A DNA stretch of 64,000 nucleotides from Chamaesiphon sp. (GTDB taxonomy: Bacteria; Cyanobacteriota; Cyanobacteriia; Cyanobacteriales; Chamaesiphonaceae), in contig CBDFFH010000041.1 of the NCBI GenBank assembly GCA_965246715.1, forward strand, positions 1 through 64,000, read 5' to 3'. Shown in pieces: positions 19,607 to 29,037 of this stretch (the first letter of the stretch is position 1; each line of letters begins with the position of its first letter). Position numbers and translations under genes: made by a program. The notes below the pieces were generated by a model. It did not search any database. It saw only the letters and a program-made list of their open reading frames with translations, and was not told where the DNA came from.

Positions 19607-21088
19607 GTGGACACAATCCAAAATCACTTATCGCGCTCCTTTCGGCTGCGGATCGCTCTCCTGTCATCACTATTGGCGGGTGTCGCTTTAGTGGGTTTCG
19701 GTGCGGTATCGTTATGGTTGATTTATCATACCGAACTCAATCGGATCGATGATGGGATCAAAAATCAATTATTGCGTGAAGCCGATCGACCTACACCCAG
19801 ACAGCACTGGGAAGAATACTTTAACTCTCTGTCCTCAACTTTTGCGATCGATGCCCGTACTAACTTAGCACTACTAGTCAAAAATCGGCGATCTCAAACA
19901 GTCTTTCAATCTCCAACCTGGACAACAGATCTGACTAAAATTACGACATTTCCGCATCAGTCAGCCTTTGCATCACCGCCAGAAGGCTTCGGACGACCGC
20001 CGCTGGAGACACCTCCAGCCAATCTTCGCGAAGGGATGCGCTTGCCCAGTCAACTCGCGCCGTTAGTCACTCAATCGACAGCCACGGGTTCTTGGCGGGT
20101 GGGTGCTGTCACAGCTACGCCGATTCGGTTGGCAATTGCCGTGAATTTAAGTACGCTCGATCGTGAAATGGCGGCGATTCGGAATGCTTTTGCCGTGGTG
20201 ATTCCGCTGATTCTCGGATCGATCGCGATCGGGTCTTGGTGGCTGTCCGGACGGGCGCTGGCACCAGTACGGGAACTAACTGCAAATCTAAGGAATGTCA
20301 CTGTCAAAGGACTCGATCGTCGCGTACCGACCGATCGTACCGATAGCGAATTCGAGGAACTATTGCAGGTATTCAACCAAATGATGGCAAGGTTGGAGCG
20401 GAGCTTTGCCCAAGCTTCCAGATTTAGTGCAGATGCAGCTCACGAGCTGAAGACACCATTATCGATCTTACAGGGTGACTTAGAACGCACGCTGCAAGCT
20501 GCCCCTGCTGGTTCGGAGTTACAACAACGGTTGAGTGGGTTACTCGATGAAGTTCGCCATCTGAGTGAGATCGTCCGCAAGTTATTGCTACTCTCATTAG
20601 CAGATGCTGGACAAATGCGCGTGCATACTGCTGAAGTCGAGTTATCTGAGCTACTGGCAGATCTAGCTGAAGATATCGAATTGTCAGCTCCAGAATTAGA
20701 AGTGCGAGTACAGATCGATCGATCCCTGACAGTGAGTGCGGATCGGGCACTACTCCTCCAAGTTTTGCAAAATACGATCGGTAATGCCATCAAATATAAC
20801 CTGCCGAATGGCTGGGTGCAAATTTCAGCCAAACAGCGCGATCGCCTAATTTTAGTGACGATCTCGAATAGCTCTCATGACATCCCACTAGCAGAGCGCA
20901 ACCGGATCTTCGATCGCTTTTATCGCGGCGATCCCGCCCGCAATCGCCATGTTGAAGGCTTGGGATTGGGACTGAGCCTAGCACGGGAGATCGCCTATGC
21001 CCACGGTGGCGATCTGACGCTAGACGCTACACCTGCGGGACAAACTGCCTTGACACTGACATTACCCGCGCGCTCTACTGCTGAGTAA
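19607..21088 (+). CDS. Two-TM HAMP sensor histidine kinase (heavy-metal sensor-like)
   Basis: Two TM helices, HAMP, FSADAAHELKTPL H-box, NAIKY, FDRFYRGD, GLGLGLSLA. Confidence 0.92.
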   Translation: MDTIQNHLSRSFRLRIALLSSLLAGVALVGFGAVSLWLIYHTELNRIDDGIKNQLLREADRPTPRQHWEEYFNSLSSTFAIDARTNLALLVKNRRSQTVFQSPTWTTDLTKITTFPHQSAFASPPEGFGRPPLETPPANLREGMRLPSQLAPLVTQSTATGSWRVGAVTATPIRLAIAVNLSTLDREMAAIRNAFAVVIPLILGSIAIGSWWLSGRALAPVRELTANLRNVTVKGLDRRVPTDRTDSEFEELLQVFNQMMARLERSFAQASRFSADAAHELKTPLSILQGDLERTLQAAPAGSELQQRLSGLLDEVRHLSEIVRKLLLLSLADAGQMRVHTAEVELSELLADLAEDIELSAPELEVRVQIDRSLTVSADRALLLQVLQNTIGNAIKYNLPNGWVQISAKQRDRLILVTISNSSHDIPLAERNRIFDRFYRGDPARNRHVEGLGLGLSLAREIAYAHGGDLTLDATPAGQTALTLTLPARSTAE

Positions 21089-21091
21089 CTA

Positions 21092-21445
21092 TCAATTTAA
21101 ACCGAGCTTGTTTTTGATTTTTCTAATTAAGTTATTCCGGCTGTATTGAATGAGATGGTTGCGAAAATCTAGATACAAAAAGTGACTTAATAAGCCCCAA
21201 TTTTCCTCAGCCGCGATCGCATCGATCCCGTGTCGATCCCACCGGATCGGCTTAGCACGCTCCTTGGAATGTAAGTCTATGACCTCTACCAATACCACTC
21301 CGCGATCGATCGTGTGCCGCTCGAACTCAAAGGACTCCACTTTAATAACGTGACAATGTGGATAATAAATAATCTTAGTCAGGGACTTAAAGTAAGAAAT
21401 ATCAGCGAGTTTTTTGACATTTTGAACTTTTAATATTTCCATCAT
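21092..21445 (-). CDS. Hypothetical protein
   Basis: 117-aa ORF filling the gap; no recognisable motif. Confidence 0.5.
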   Translation of the reverse strand: MMEILKVQNVKKLADISYFKSLTKIIYYPHCHVIKVESFEFERHTIDRGVVLVEVIDLHSKERAKPIRWDRHGIDAIAAEENWGLLSHFLYLDFRNHLIQYSRNNLIRKIKNKLGLN

Positions 21446-21632
21446 AAGGGGTCGATCTGGCGTTTCCTCTATTGAAACCGAGCCAGTAGCGATCCGAGAT
21501 CGGTTAGTTAGCGTAATTATCGAAACAACCGATCGATCTGACGATCGAACGCGCGCTCGAATATATCAGTAGCACTCGCGATTCTGACATAATAAAAATA
21601 CACTGAAAACTACTCGATCGCGTGGAGGTTTT

Positions 21633-22232
21633 ATGAACGTGGCTCAATCCTCAGAGACCGAAACACTTTTAGTCAATATTCGCAGTGCAGATCTTCAGGT
21701 TACGCCAGCACAATTCGATCGGTTATGTGCCGACAATCGGGACTTGCGGCTGGAGTTGACTAGAGAAGGAAAATTAATTGTTATGGCCCCGACGTTTGGG
21801 GAGAGTGGAAAAAGAAATCTGAGTTTGGCGCTCCAAGTAGGCAACTGGAACGAACGCACTCGCTTAGGGACAGCTTTTGACTCTTCCACTGGTTATGATT
21901 TCTCAGCAATTGGTGGCGGTAAACTCTCTCCCGATGTCTCCTGGATTGAAAACTCTCGCCTCGAAGATGTTTCGCTCAGACAATTTATTCCGGTGGTGCC
22001 GGATTTCCTGATTGAGTTGCGCTCTACGACCGATCGATTGAACGATCTTCAGGCTAAGATGCTCGAATATCAACGACTAGGTGTCAAGCTGGGATTATTG
22101 ATTAATCCTCAAGATAATCGGGTCGAAATTTATCGATCGAACAGCTCAATAGAAGTTTTGCAGTCTCCAAACTCGATCGATTGTCAGGATGTGATGCCAG
22201 GATTTAATCTGGATTTAATGAGAATTTTGTAG
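21633..22232 (+). CDS. Uma2 (DUF820) family PD-(D/E)xK endonuclease
   Basis: RLELTREGKLIVMAP, FDSSTGY, SPDVSWI, PDFLIELRS, KMLEY; GGAGG RBS. Confidence 0.93.
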   Translation: MNVAQSSETETLLVNIRSADLQVTPAQFDRLCADNRDLRLELTREGKLIVMAPTFGESGKRNLSLALQVGNWNERTRLGTAFDSSTGYDFSAIGGGKLSPDVSWIENSRLEDVSLRQFIPVVPDFLIELRSTTDRLNDLQAKMLEYQRLGVKLGLLINPQDNRVEIYRSNSSIEVLQSPNSIDCQDVMPGFNLDLMRIL

Positions 22233-22321
22233 TGAGTTCACATCATCAACTACCCTCGATCGGGAAATTAGTTAACATTAAGGATGATTGAGTTCGCCAA
22301 CTTCCCACACCCCGTAAGCTC

Positions 22322-23332
22322 TTGAATCCACAATACACACCCCCCTGGTGGTTGCAATCCGGTTTGTCCATGACGCTGTATACCGCGTTGAGCATCAGCC
22401 GAGATTGGGAAAAATACACGATCGAATCCGAGCCAATTTACCACGAGCATATTTTCTCGGGCGACGGGGATGTACCGATTTTTGGGATCTATGCAATTCC
22501 TACCAATCCGAAAGGAACGATTGTTGCTACTTATGGGATCACTGGAACTTTAGACAATCAATGGTTCTTACGGATTTTGGGACGCAAAGCCTATGCGCAA
22601 GGCTATGCTGTTGTCTTATTTGACTGGCGCGCACATGGGAAAACCGCCGAACTATCGCCGCAACTAACATCTGACGGCATCCATGAGGGTGAAGACTATG
22701 TGCGGATTGCCCGCCAATCCGTCCAGCTTGGCTGTCCGGCACCGATGTGGGTAATTGGGTACTCTTTGGGCGGTCAGTTGGCGCTATGGGGTGTAAAAGC
22801 GGGTCGGGACGTACCAGAGATTGCTGGCGGCGCGGTTATCTGTCCCAGCCTAGAATCCGATCGATCTTTGACTTATCTGATGGCGCATCCCACAGGCAAA
22901 TATCTCGAACGATCGATCTCCAAAGAACTGCGAAAATTAGCCTGGGGACTGCACAAATATCATCCTACCGAAATCGATCCGCAAGCGATCGAACGGGCTA
23001 CATCGATTTGGGGATTCGATCGCGAATTAGTGATTCCCCGTCTGGGTTTTGCCACTGTCAAAGACTATTATGCGGCGACTAGTCCCTTATATTTTCTCGA
23101 ACAGATCGATAAGCCAGTACTGATTATCTATGCCGCTGACGATCCGTTATTCGATCCGACACTAGCTGGGGATTTGCGCGAGATCGCCCATACTCGATCG
23201 AACCTCGATCTCATCCTCACCCCCCACGGCGGACATGTTGGCTATATCAGTAACAAATCTTGTCAAAACTTAAATTCCGATCGCGACCCCTGGTGGAGTT
23301 GGAATCGTGTTCTAGAATGGATTGGACAGTGA
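22322..23332 (+). CDS. YheT family alpha/beta hydrolase
   Basis: GYSLGG nucleophile elbow, ADDPL, HGGHVG; start codon uncertain. Confidence 0.88.
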   Translation: MNPQYTPPWWLQSGLSMTLYTALSISRDWEKYTIESEPIYHEHIFSGDGDVPIFGIYAIPTNPKGTIVATYGITGTLDNQWFLRILGRKAYAQGYAVVLFDWRAHGKTAELSPQLTSDGIHEGEDYVRIARQSVQLGCPAPMWVIGYSLGGQLALWGVKAGRDVPEIAGGAVICPSLESDRSLTYLMAHPTGKYLERSISKELRKLAWGLHKYHPTEIDPQAIERATSIWGFDRELVIPRLGFATVKDYYAATSPLYFLEQIDKPVLIIYAADDPLFDPTLAGDLREIAHTRSNLDLILTPHGGHVGYISNKSCQNLNSDRDPWWSWNRVLEWIGQ

Positions 23333-23360
23333 ATAGTGAACAGTGAACAGTGAATAGTGG
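23329..23360. repeat. Heptameric short tandem repeat (STRR-type)
   Basis: (GTGAAYA)x4. Other heptamer runs at ~25751 (GCTAGTG), ~38977 and ~55016 (TTATGAA). Confidence 0.75.
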
Positions 23361-23418
23361 ACAATGCTAGAATTTCCCCCTTTCCCCTTTCTTTACCCAT
23401 CTACCCCCATATTTGATT

Positions 23419-24018
23419 ATGAGCTTACGCGACCAGTTTAATAAATTGACAGGCAAAACCCAATTTGTCGTAGCGCGAATTTTTGTCCATCTGGGTGGTG
23501 AAGAAGTTTCGCCACTACTGGGAATTTTAAATCAAGCTGCCAGACAAGCGATCGAGTCTGATGGCGATCTGACAATTGTGGGCGAGGGATTGGTCGAAAT
23601 CTGTCAAAATCTATTGCAATACGACACTTATTGGCGATCGGCAGCAAATGAAGGTGATGTATTCTGGGATGAAGGTGCAGCTGGCGACTATGCCAATGAA
23701 TTATTCACCGATTCTGCCGGACGCTATTTGAGCGAACCGGATTTGAGTGGGACTAGTAATCCTAACGAGCAATTGACATTACCACCAACGCGCAATTTAA
23801 TCGTGATGCTTACCGTAGCATTAGAAGGCGAGGAACCAAGCCTCGAAACCGATCTTGCGGACATGTCCCCACTGAAAGCTGGATTGAAGTCTTTAATCAA
23901 TCTTCACTATCAAGAACGTCTCCGCGCGATTTACGTTCATTTCTCACCGGCACGATTTGGTGACGAACTTACTGACGATCAAGTATTGCAAAATTTTCCT
24001 GAGTTGATTCCATTGTAA
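23419..24018 (+). CDS. DUF1517 domain protein
   Basis: WRSAANEGDVFWDEGAAGDY..ELFTDSA.RY and FSPARFGDELTDDQVL.NFPELIPL C-terminus. Confidence 0.8.
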   Translation: MSLRDQFNKLTGKTQFVVARIFVHLGGEEVSPLLGILNQAARQAIESDGDLTIVGEGLVEICQNLLQYDTYWRSAANEGDVFWDEGAAGDYANELFTDSAGRYLSEPDLSGTSNPNEQLTLPPTRNLIVMLTVALEGEEPSLETDLADMSPLKAGLKSLINLHYQERLRAIYVHFSPARFGDELTDDQVLQNFPELIPL

Positions 24019-24320
24019 TTTAGCAACTAGGAGATCGAAGCTAGTTATTAGTAGCAATTCGAGCGATTTAGGTGGCCGATGGGCAGTATCCACCCGCCTA
24101 GCGATGAATTATAGATCGTTATTGGCAATATCCACATACACATATTCACCAAATTAGGGGGATGCGGTTAACCAGATATTGCCGATCGGTTTGCTGCCTG
24201 GGCGATCGCGATTGCATCGGGTATTATAAGTATAAAACAACTCGATCGCCGAGATTTCGATCGAAATTGTAAATTGTAGCGCGACCTGAGAATTAGCTAA
24301 AATAAAAAAACACAACAGTC

Positions 24321-25247
24321 ATGAAATCAGCTTATATGTTACGTCGATTAGTGATAATTTTTATGGCTTTGACCTTATCGGTAACTTCTGTAGCTTGCGG
24401 CTCCGGAAATAACGATCGGGCATCTCAGGGACAAACCCAACAGTCGCCTACTTCCGTCCAAAATCCCACGGTGAGTAATAACACCAACCAAAAACCGATC
24501 GCCGATGGTAAGTATCCCGTCCAGCAAGCTACCTATAACGATGCTAATGGCGAATACGACCTGATGCTGCTGAATACACCTGCTGGCACCCCACCAGCCT
24601 ACCGTACCACTAATCTACAAATGGCACGGTTGACCGATGAAGAAGTAAAAGCTAACGAAAAAGCTTACTTCAAGTCTGAAAACGGTCAAGCCTCCTTACA
24701 CATCCCCCAAGATTTTAAAATTGAGTACATCCACAACGTTACTCAGGCTCAAACCAATCCCCAAACAGGACAAAAAGAAACTGTTGTAGTCAAACGGGAG
24801 TCAAATTTCTGGACACCGTTTGCGGGAGCTGTAGCCGGACAAATTGCCGGACAAGCCATTAGTAACGCCTTATTCCGTCCACAGTATTATGTTCCCCCTG
24901 TCTATAATTCCGGTGGTGGACTATTTGGTTATGGTGGCTACGGACGTACTTATGGTCAAGCCGTCACTGTTTATCAAAATAACTATAATGCTCCCCCACC
25001 AGCAGTAGTCAATCGGACGACATTACGCACGACGGGCAGATTGAATAATAACAATTTTGGTAGTAATACTCGCACTAATACCAATCGATCGGTCGAACGC
25101 ACTCGATCGACTGGTTCGGGATTTGGTACCAGTACGCTTCGCCAATCGGGTCGCTCTACCGTGCGTCAGAGCAGTCCTTCCAATCGCAGTTTCGGTAGCG
25201 GCGGTCGCAGCCGTTCGAGTTCTGGATTTGGTAGTCGCCGCCGTTAA
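24321..25247 (+). CDS. Conserved cyanobacterial lipoprotein with Ser/Gly/Arg-rich tail
   Basis: Lipobox SVAC; YPVQQATYND..GEY.LMLL; FWTPFAGAVAG; low-complexity SGFGS C-terminus. Confidence 0.8.
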   Translation: MKSAYMLRRLVIIFMALTLSVTSVACGSGNNDRASQGQTQQSPTSVQNPTVSNNTNQKPIADGKYPVQQATYNDANGEYDLMLLNTPAGTPPAYRTTNLQMARLTDEEVKANEKAYFKSENGQASLHIPQDFKIEYIHNVTQAQTNPQTGQKETVVVKRESNFWTPFAGAVAGQIAGQAISNALFRPQYYVPPVYNSGGGLFGYGGYGRTYGQAVTVYQNNYNAPPPAVVNRTTLRTTGRLNNNNFGSNTRTNTNRSVERTRSTGSGFGTSTLRQSGRSTVRQSSPSNRSFGSGGRSRSSSGFGSRRR

Positions 25248-25341
25248 GATCGGCATTAATTAACCAGAAGCTTACTCCAGAGTATGGGGTAAGCTTCTCG
25301 TGTATCCTGGTAAATAACAATTGCAGTATCGAAATGAGATT

Positions 25342-25554
25342 ATGGCAGTAAAAAAAGGAGATTCGGTTCGCGCGATCGCGAGTAAGTTAGCAAACAGTCT
25401 GGAAGCCAAAGCTAGCGATTCGCGGTTTCCTAAATATTTGTTTGAAACCAAAGGCGAGGTATTAGATTTACGTGGTGAGTATGCCCTAGTTAAATTCGGT
25501 CAAGTACCCGCACCAAATGTCTGGCTGCGTGTAGACCAATTAGAAGGATTTTAG
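25342..25554 (+). CDS. ndhO: NAD(P)H-quinone oxidoreductase (NDH-1) subunit O
   Basis: [10 protein letters not shown]...[22 protein letters not shown]...[11 protein letters not shown]. Confidence 0.93.
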   Translation: MAVKKGDSVRAIASKLANSLEAKASDSRFPKYLFETKGEVLDLRGEYALVKFGQVPAPNVWLRVDQLEGF

Positions 25555-25686
25555 GCGTTGCTGAATTAATGGATGAAACGCACAAACAATTTTTGTAGGG
25601 GTAATGCCTCGTGCTTACCCCGCATCGATTCAGGGTACTCACAAGGGGCACCCCTACAAAAAATCATACCCATATTCAGCAACGCC
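25554..25686. mobile_element. 133-bp MITE with 13-bp TIRs and 8-bp target-site duplication
   Basis: TIR GGCGTTGCTGAAT...ATTCAGCAACGCC; TSD GGATTTTA at 25546-25553 and 25687-25694; internal GTAGGGG...CCCCTAC REP pair. Confidence 0.9.
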
Positions 25687-25852
25687 GGATTTTAGATCTG
25701 GCAATATATCGAATGCCCAAGATTTTAAAATCTCGGATGGGCAAGTTTATGCTAGTGGCTAGTGGCTAGTGGCTGGGGTTGGTAGTGGAACGGAGCGTTC
25801 GATCCCAAAACACCTAGTCGCTAGTTGCTAGCCCTACATGTGAGCGAATCGA

Positions 25853-25978
25853 TTAATTTTTCTCACTCAGTAGACCTTGGATTTGTTTGAGAGCGTACGG
25901 GAGAATGTTGAATACCGCCCAACCACCAGCGATCGCGAGGGGAGCGAGGACGATCAAGAGTCTAAAGTCGAAGTCCAT
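25853..25978 (-). CDS. psbY: Photosystem II protein PsbY
   Basis: Hand translation MDFDFRLLIVLAPLAIAGGWAVFNILPYALKQIQGLLSEKN* with AAGGA RBS; below the ORF-track length cutoff. Confidence 0.93.
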   Translation of the reverse strand: MDFDFRLLIVLAPLAIAGGWAVFNILPYALKQIQGLLSEKN

Positions 25979-26107
25979 AATAGGTTCCTTTAATGAGAAG
26001 TAAAAGTTTTTCTGATAGATGAGATCTTGCCTATTTACTGTAGCAGAATTTTGGGGTGAATCTTGGCTCTCGAGCGAGATCTAAGCGATTGCTAAGCTCC
26101 GCCAAAA

Positions 26108-26767
26108 CTAGGAGGATACACAGATCGATCCTTTTCCTCGGAGCAAGCCAGCATTCGCCCCAGGACAGATATACGCTAGCGGTTGCGAGGACGGAAATTG
26201 TTGCCAGATCGCCTCGACGCTGCGGAGTTGGCGCGGCCAGTGAAAAGTTTTGGCAGTGCGCAGCGGCACGGCTGCTCCCAACTGATTTGGGAGTAAATGT
26301 CTGCCAGTAAAGAGTATGCCACCATTACCCTCAAAATAAATACAACTCGATCCGGGGGAGTGTCCGGGTGTCCAGATCGCGTGTATGCTATCGTTAATAT
26401 TAAATTTATGCTCGAAGGTCGTGACTTTAAGTTCTGGTAGCAAGTAAGCTTCTTGTTCTTGCACGATAACTTCACAACCCAGATCGGTGGCGATGGTTGT
26501 AGTTTTGCCAATACCGCCGCGATGGGTGATTGCCATCCAATTCACGCCACCACGATCGAGGATAAACTGTCGATTGACATCGTTCCAAGCTGGGCTATCG
26601 ATTAAGATATTACCTGCGGACGTTAAGATCGTATAAGCAGTGCCGCCTAATGTGTCGCGGTTTGGCGCAAAAGCAAAAATACCTGGCAGAATTTCTGTTG
26701 GCAGTTTGCCACCAACAGCAGCTGTGGGAGGAAATGATAAATTTGACAAGTTTAATTCTGGCGGCAT
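26108..26767 (-). CDS. Metallo-beta-lactamase fold protein
   Basis: FAPNRDTLGGTAY, NILIDSP, ITHRG, WTPGHSPGSSC, LFTGRH. Confidence 0.85.
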   Translation of the reverse strand: MPPELNLSNLSFPPTAAVGGKLPTEILPGIFAFAPNRDTLGGTAYTILTSAGNILIDSPAWNDVNRQFILDRGGVNWMAITHRGGIGKTTTIATDLGCEVIVQEQEAYLLPELKVTTFEHKFNINDSIHAIWTPGHSPGSSCIYFEGNGGILFTGRHLLPNQLGAAVPLRTAKTFHWPRQLRSVEAIWQQFPSSQPLAYICPGANAGLLRGKGSICVSS

Positions 26768-26912
26768 GAAAGCGCGTTTGGCTACGCTTTGGATTATACC
26801 AATTTACGATCGCCGCAGGTATCGCTTAGCTACAGTTACTGTCGCGGATATACACGATAAATCGACGGCAACATCCTAGATCGAGTTCGATCGATTACTA
26901 CTAATTTTATTC

Positions 26913-28463
26913 ATGTGGTTGTCTTTACTTTTCGTCTTAGTTTTATTGGGGATTCTGACATATTTCGTTCTGCATCAAACTGTCAGTCGGATGACCGCAG
27001 TGCCGTTGTGGATCTTATGGGCAGTGCTGATGACTCCCCCGCTATTAACTGGAGCCGCTGTTGCCTCAGGCAAACAAATTCCTACAGTTCCCGCCGCCGT
27101 TTTAATCTGTTCGATTTGTTGGTTTTTGTACTGGCGATTGTTAGACTGGGGTAAACCGAAACCACGTTCGTTAGCAAAGCCACTCGAACAGCCTATTGAT
27201 GCCGAGCATCCCAGCCAAACAGTCGAAGATCGATCGAACGAGCAATCCGCTGAAATTTTGACACCAGAACCCGAACGTACCGAAGAACCGATCGTCGTAC
27301 GACCGATCGAACCAGAAGAAGAAGCAATTTTACGGACTTGTTTTGCGTGGAATGTCTTCTTTTTAGAAAAGATTGAATACCGTCCGCAAGCAGTATTGTG
27401 TCGGGGTAAATTACGCACTAATTCCGACACTGCTTACGAAACGATCGTGCGGAATGTCGAAGATTTATTCGGCGAGCGATTTTTTATCTTATTTCAATAT
27501 AGTTTATCTACTGGCAAACCATTTTTTGCCTTAGTACCGCGTCCCCAATATACTCAGATCGTGCGATCGCGACGCTGGCTCGAATATACGATCGCGTTCG
27601 CCCTTTTATTTTTAACACTCCTGCCCACAACATATTTTGGTGCGGCACTATCCCGATTTAAAGCTGGCTCGCTCACCGATCTGCTTCAGGCGGGCTTACC
27701 TTATGCCTTGAGTATCATGACGATCTTGGGGCTACGCGATCTCGGTCGTTATTTAGTTGCCAGATTTTATCGGATCGAGACCAATCTCCCATATTTTATT
27801 CCCCTACCATTTCCGCCCGGTACTTACGGCTGTCTGGTACAAATGCGATCGCCGATTCCCAATCGCAAAGCTGTGTTCGATTTGGGGTTTGCGGCATCGT
27901 TTTTGGGTCTAGTCATCTCGATTCCGCTATTGATTTGGGGGCTGGGGCAGTCAGTGGTAGTGCCACTCGATCTCAAAGCCAGCTTATTTAGCTTTCACGC
28001 CTTCAATCCGCGCTTTTCACTATTAATTGCCGTATTGAGCAAACTAGCATTAGGGAGTCGATTTATGGCAGAGCGGGCGATCGATTTACATGGGGTGGCG
28101 ATCGCTGCTTACATTAGTTTATTGATTATTACGATCGATTTGATGCCGTTGCGGAGATTATCTGGCGGTTATATCGTTCATGCGATGTTCGGCCAAAAAC
28201 CCAGTGCGATCGTCAGTCAATTGAGTAAAGTTGTCTTGCTAATCGTCGGGTTTATTCGGTTTCGCGCATCAGGATTTGAGAGTAAAGATCTCTTGTTTCT
28301 GGCGATTGTCGTTTCGCTAATTCCGGCGATCGACGAACCCGCACTGAATGATGTCTCCGAACTCAATAACTGGCGCGATGCCTTGGGTGTATCGATCTTA
28401 GCTATTTTAGTTTTGATGTTGATACCCGTTCCCGAAATGTTAATGGGATTATTGGGAATTTAA
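26913..28463 (+). CDS. Site-2 protease (M50) family membrane protein with degenerate active site
   Basis: Multiple TMs, PYFIP.PF..GTYG, PNRKAVFD. The HExxH position reads RDLGR and the NxxPxxxLDG position reads DLMPLRRLSG. Confidence 0.85.
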   Translation: MWLSLLFVLVLLGILTYFVLHQTVSRMTAVPLWILWAVLMTPPLLTGAAVASGKQIPTVPAAVLICSICWFLYWRLLDWGKPKPRSLAKPLEQPIDAEHPSQTVEDRSNEQSAEILTPEPERTEEPIVVRPIEPEEEAILRTCFAWNVFFLEKIEYRPQAVLCRGKLRTNSDTAYETIVRNVEDLFGERFFILFQYSLSTGKPFFALVPRPQYTQIVRSRRWLEYTIAFALLFLTLLPTTYFGAALSRFKAGSLTDLLQAGLPYALSIMTILGLRDLGRYLVARFYRIETNLPYFIPLPFPPGTYGCLVQMRSPIPNRKAVFDLGFAASFLGLVISIPLLIWGLGQSVVVPLDLKASLFSFHAFNPRFSLLIAVLSKLALGSRFMAERAIDLHGVAIAAYISLLIITIDLMPLRRLSGGYIVHAMFGQKPSAIVSQLSKVVLLIVGFIRFRASGFESKDLLFLAIVVSLIPAIDEPALNDVSELNNWRDALGVSILAILVLMLIPVPEMLMGLLGI

Positions 28464-28527
28464 ACCGTTGGCAAATTTTCGGGTGCTACTCTCTTGTCTG
28501 GACGTTACAGCTGACTAGTGGAGAGCT

Positions 28528-28569
28528 GGCGATCTCAATTGTCAACGTTTCATCACAATTGAGATCGCC
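28528..28569. terminator. Stem-loop downstream of the M50 gene
   Basis: 15-bp inverted repeat GGCGATCTCAATTGT/ACAATTGAGATCGCC; no clear U-tract. Confidence 0.5.
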
Positions 28570-28729
28570 CAAACGACGTAGACTCATCAAACCCTAGAAA
28601 ATAAAGGCGATCCCCCCTTGACTAATCGGGGGGTAATTTTGTTAGATAGGTATATGCACTCAGTCGTTTGTGAATAGTCACTAAAAAGATTGCTTCTTTT
28701 CAGACCCAACTATCTCCACTGGACAGATG

Positions 28730-28844
28730 TATAGCAATAGCCAAGATCTTTAGGACGTTTTTTGATTAGTCCGAGTAGGCGGACTTCGCATCATCAGCGG
28801 CGATTTCAATCGCTGTTGTCCTAATAACCTTGGCGATGGCTATA
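28730..28844. mobile_element. ~115-bp MITE with TATAGC ends (IS630/Tc1-like by inference) carrying a REP half
   Basis: Left TATAGCAATAGCCAAGATCTTTAGGAC versus reverse complement of right end TATAGCCATCGCCAAGGTTATTAGGAC; internal AGTCCGAGTAGGCGGACTT. Confidence 0.8.
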
Positions 28845-29037
28845 TTTTTAAAGATCGTAATTTAGTCACATACAGATCGAATTCAGCGTTCGATCGGTAG
28901 ATTCTAGAAATTTAATCAACCGCTCTAATCCAGTTAGTCGAGCGACTGACTAACAACAGCAAATTTTCTTAAGTGACAACAAGTGTAAATGCAAGTCCGA
29001 AAGATTTAGCATCTACACACTATTCGGAGGTCGGATC

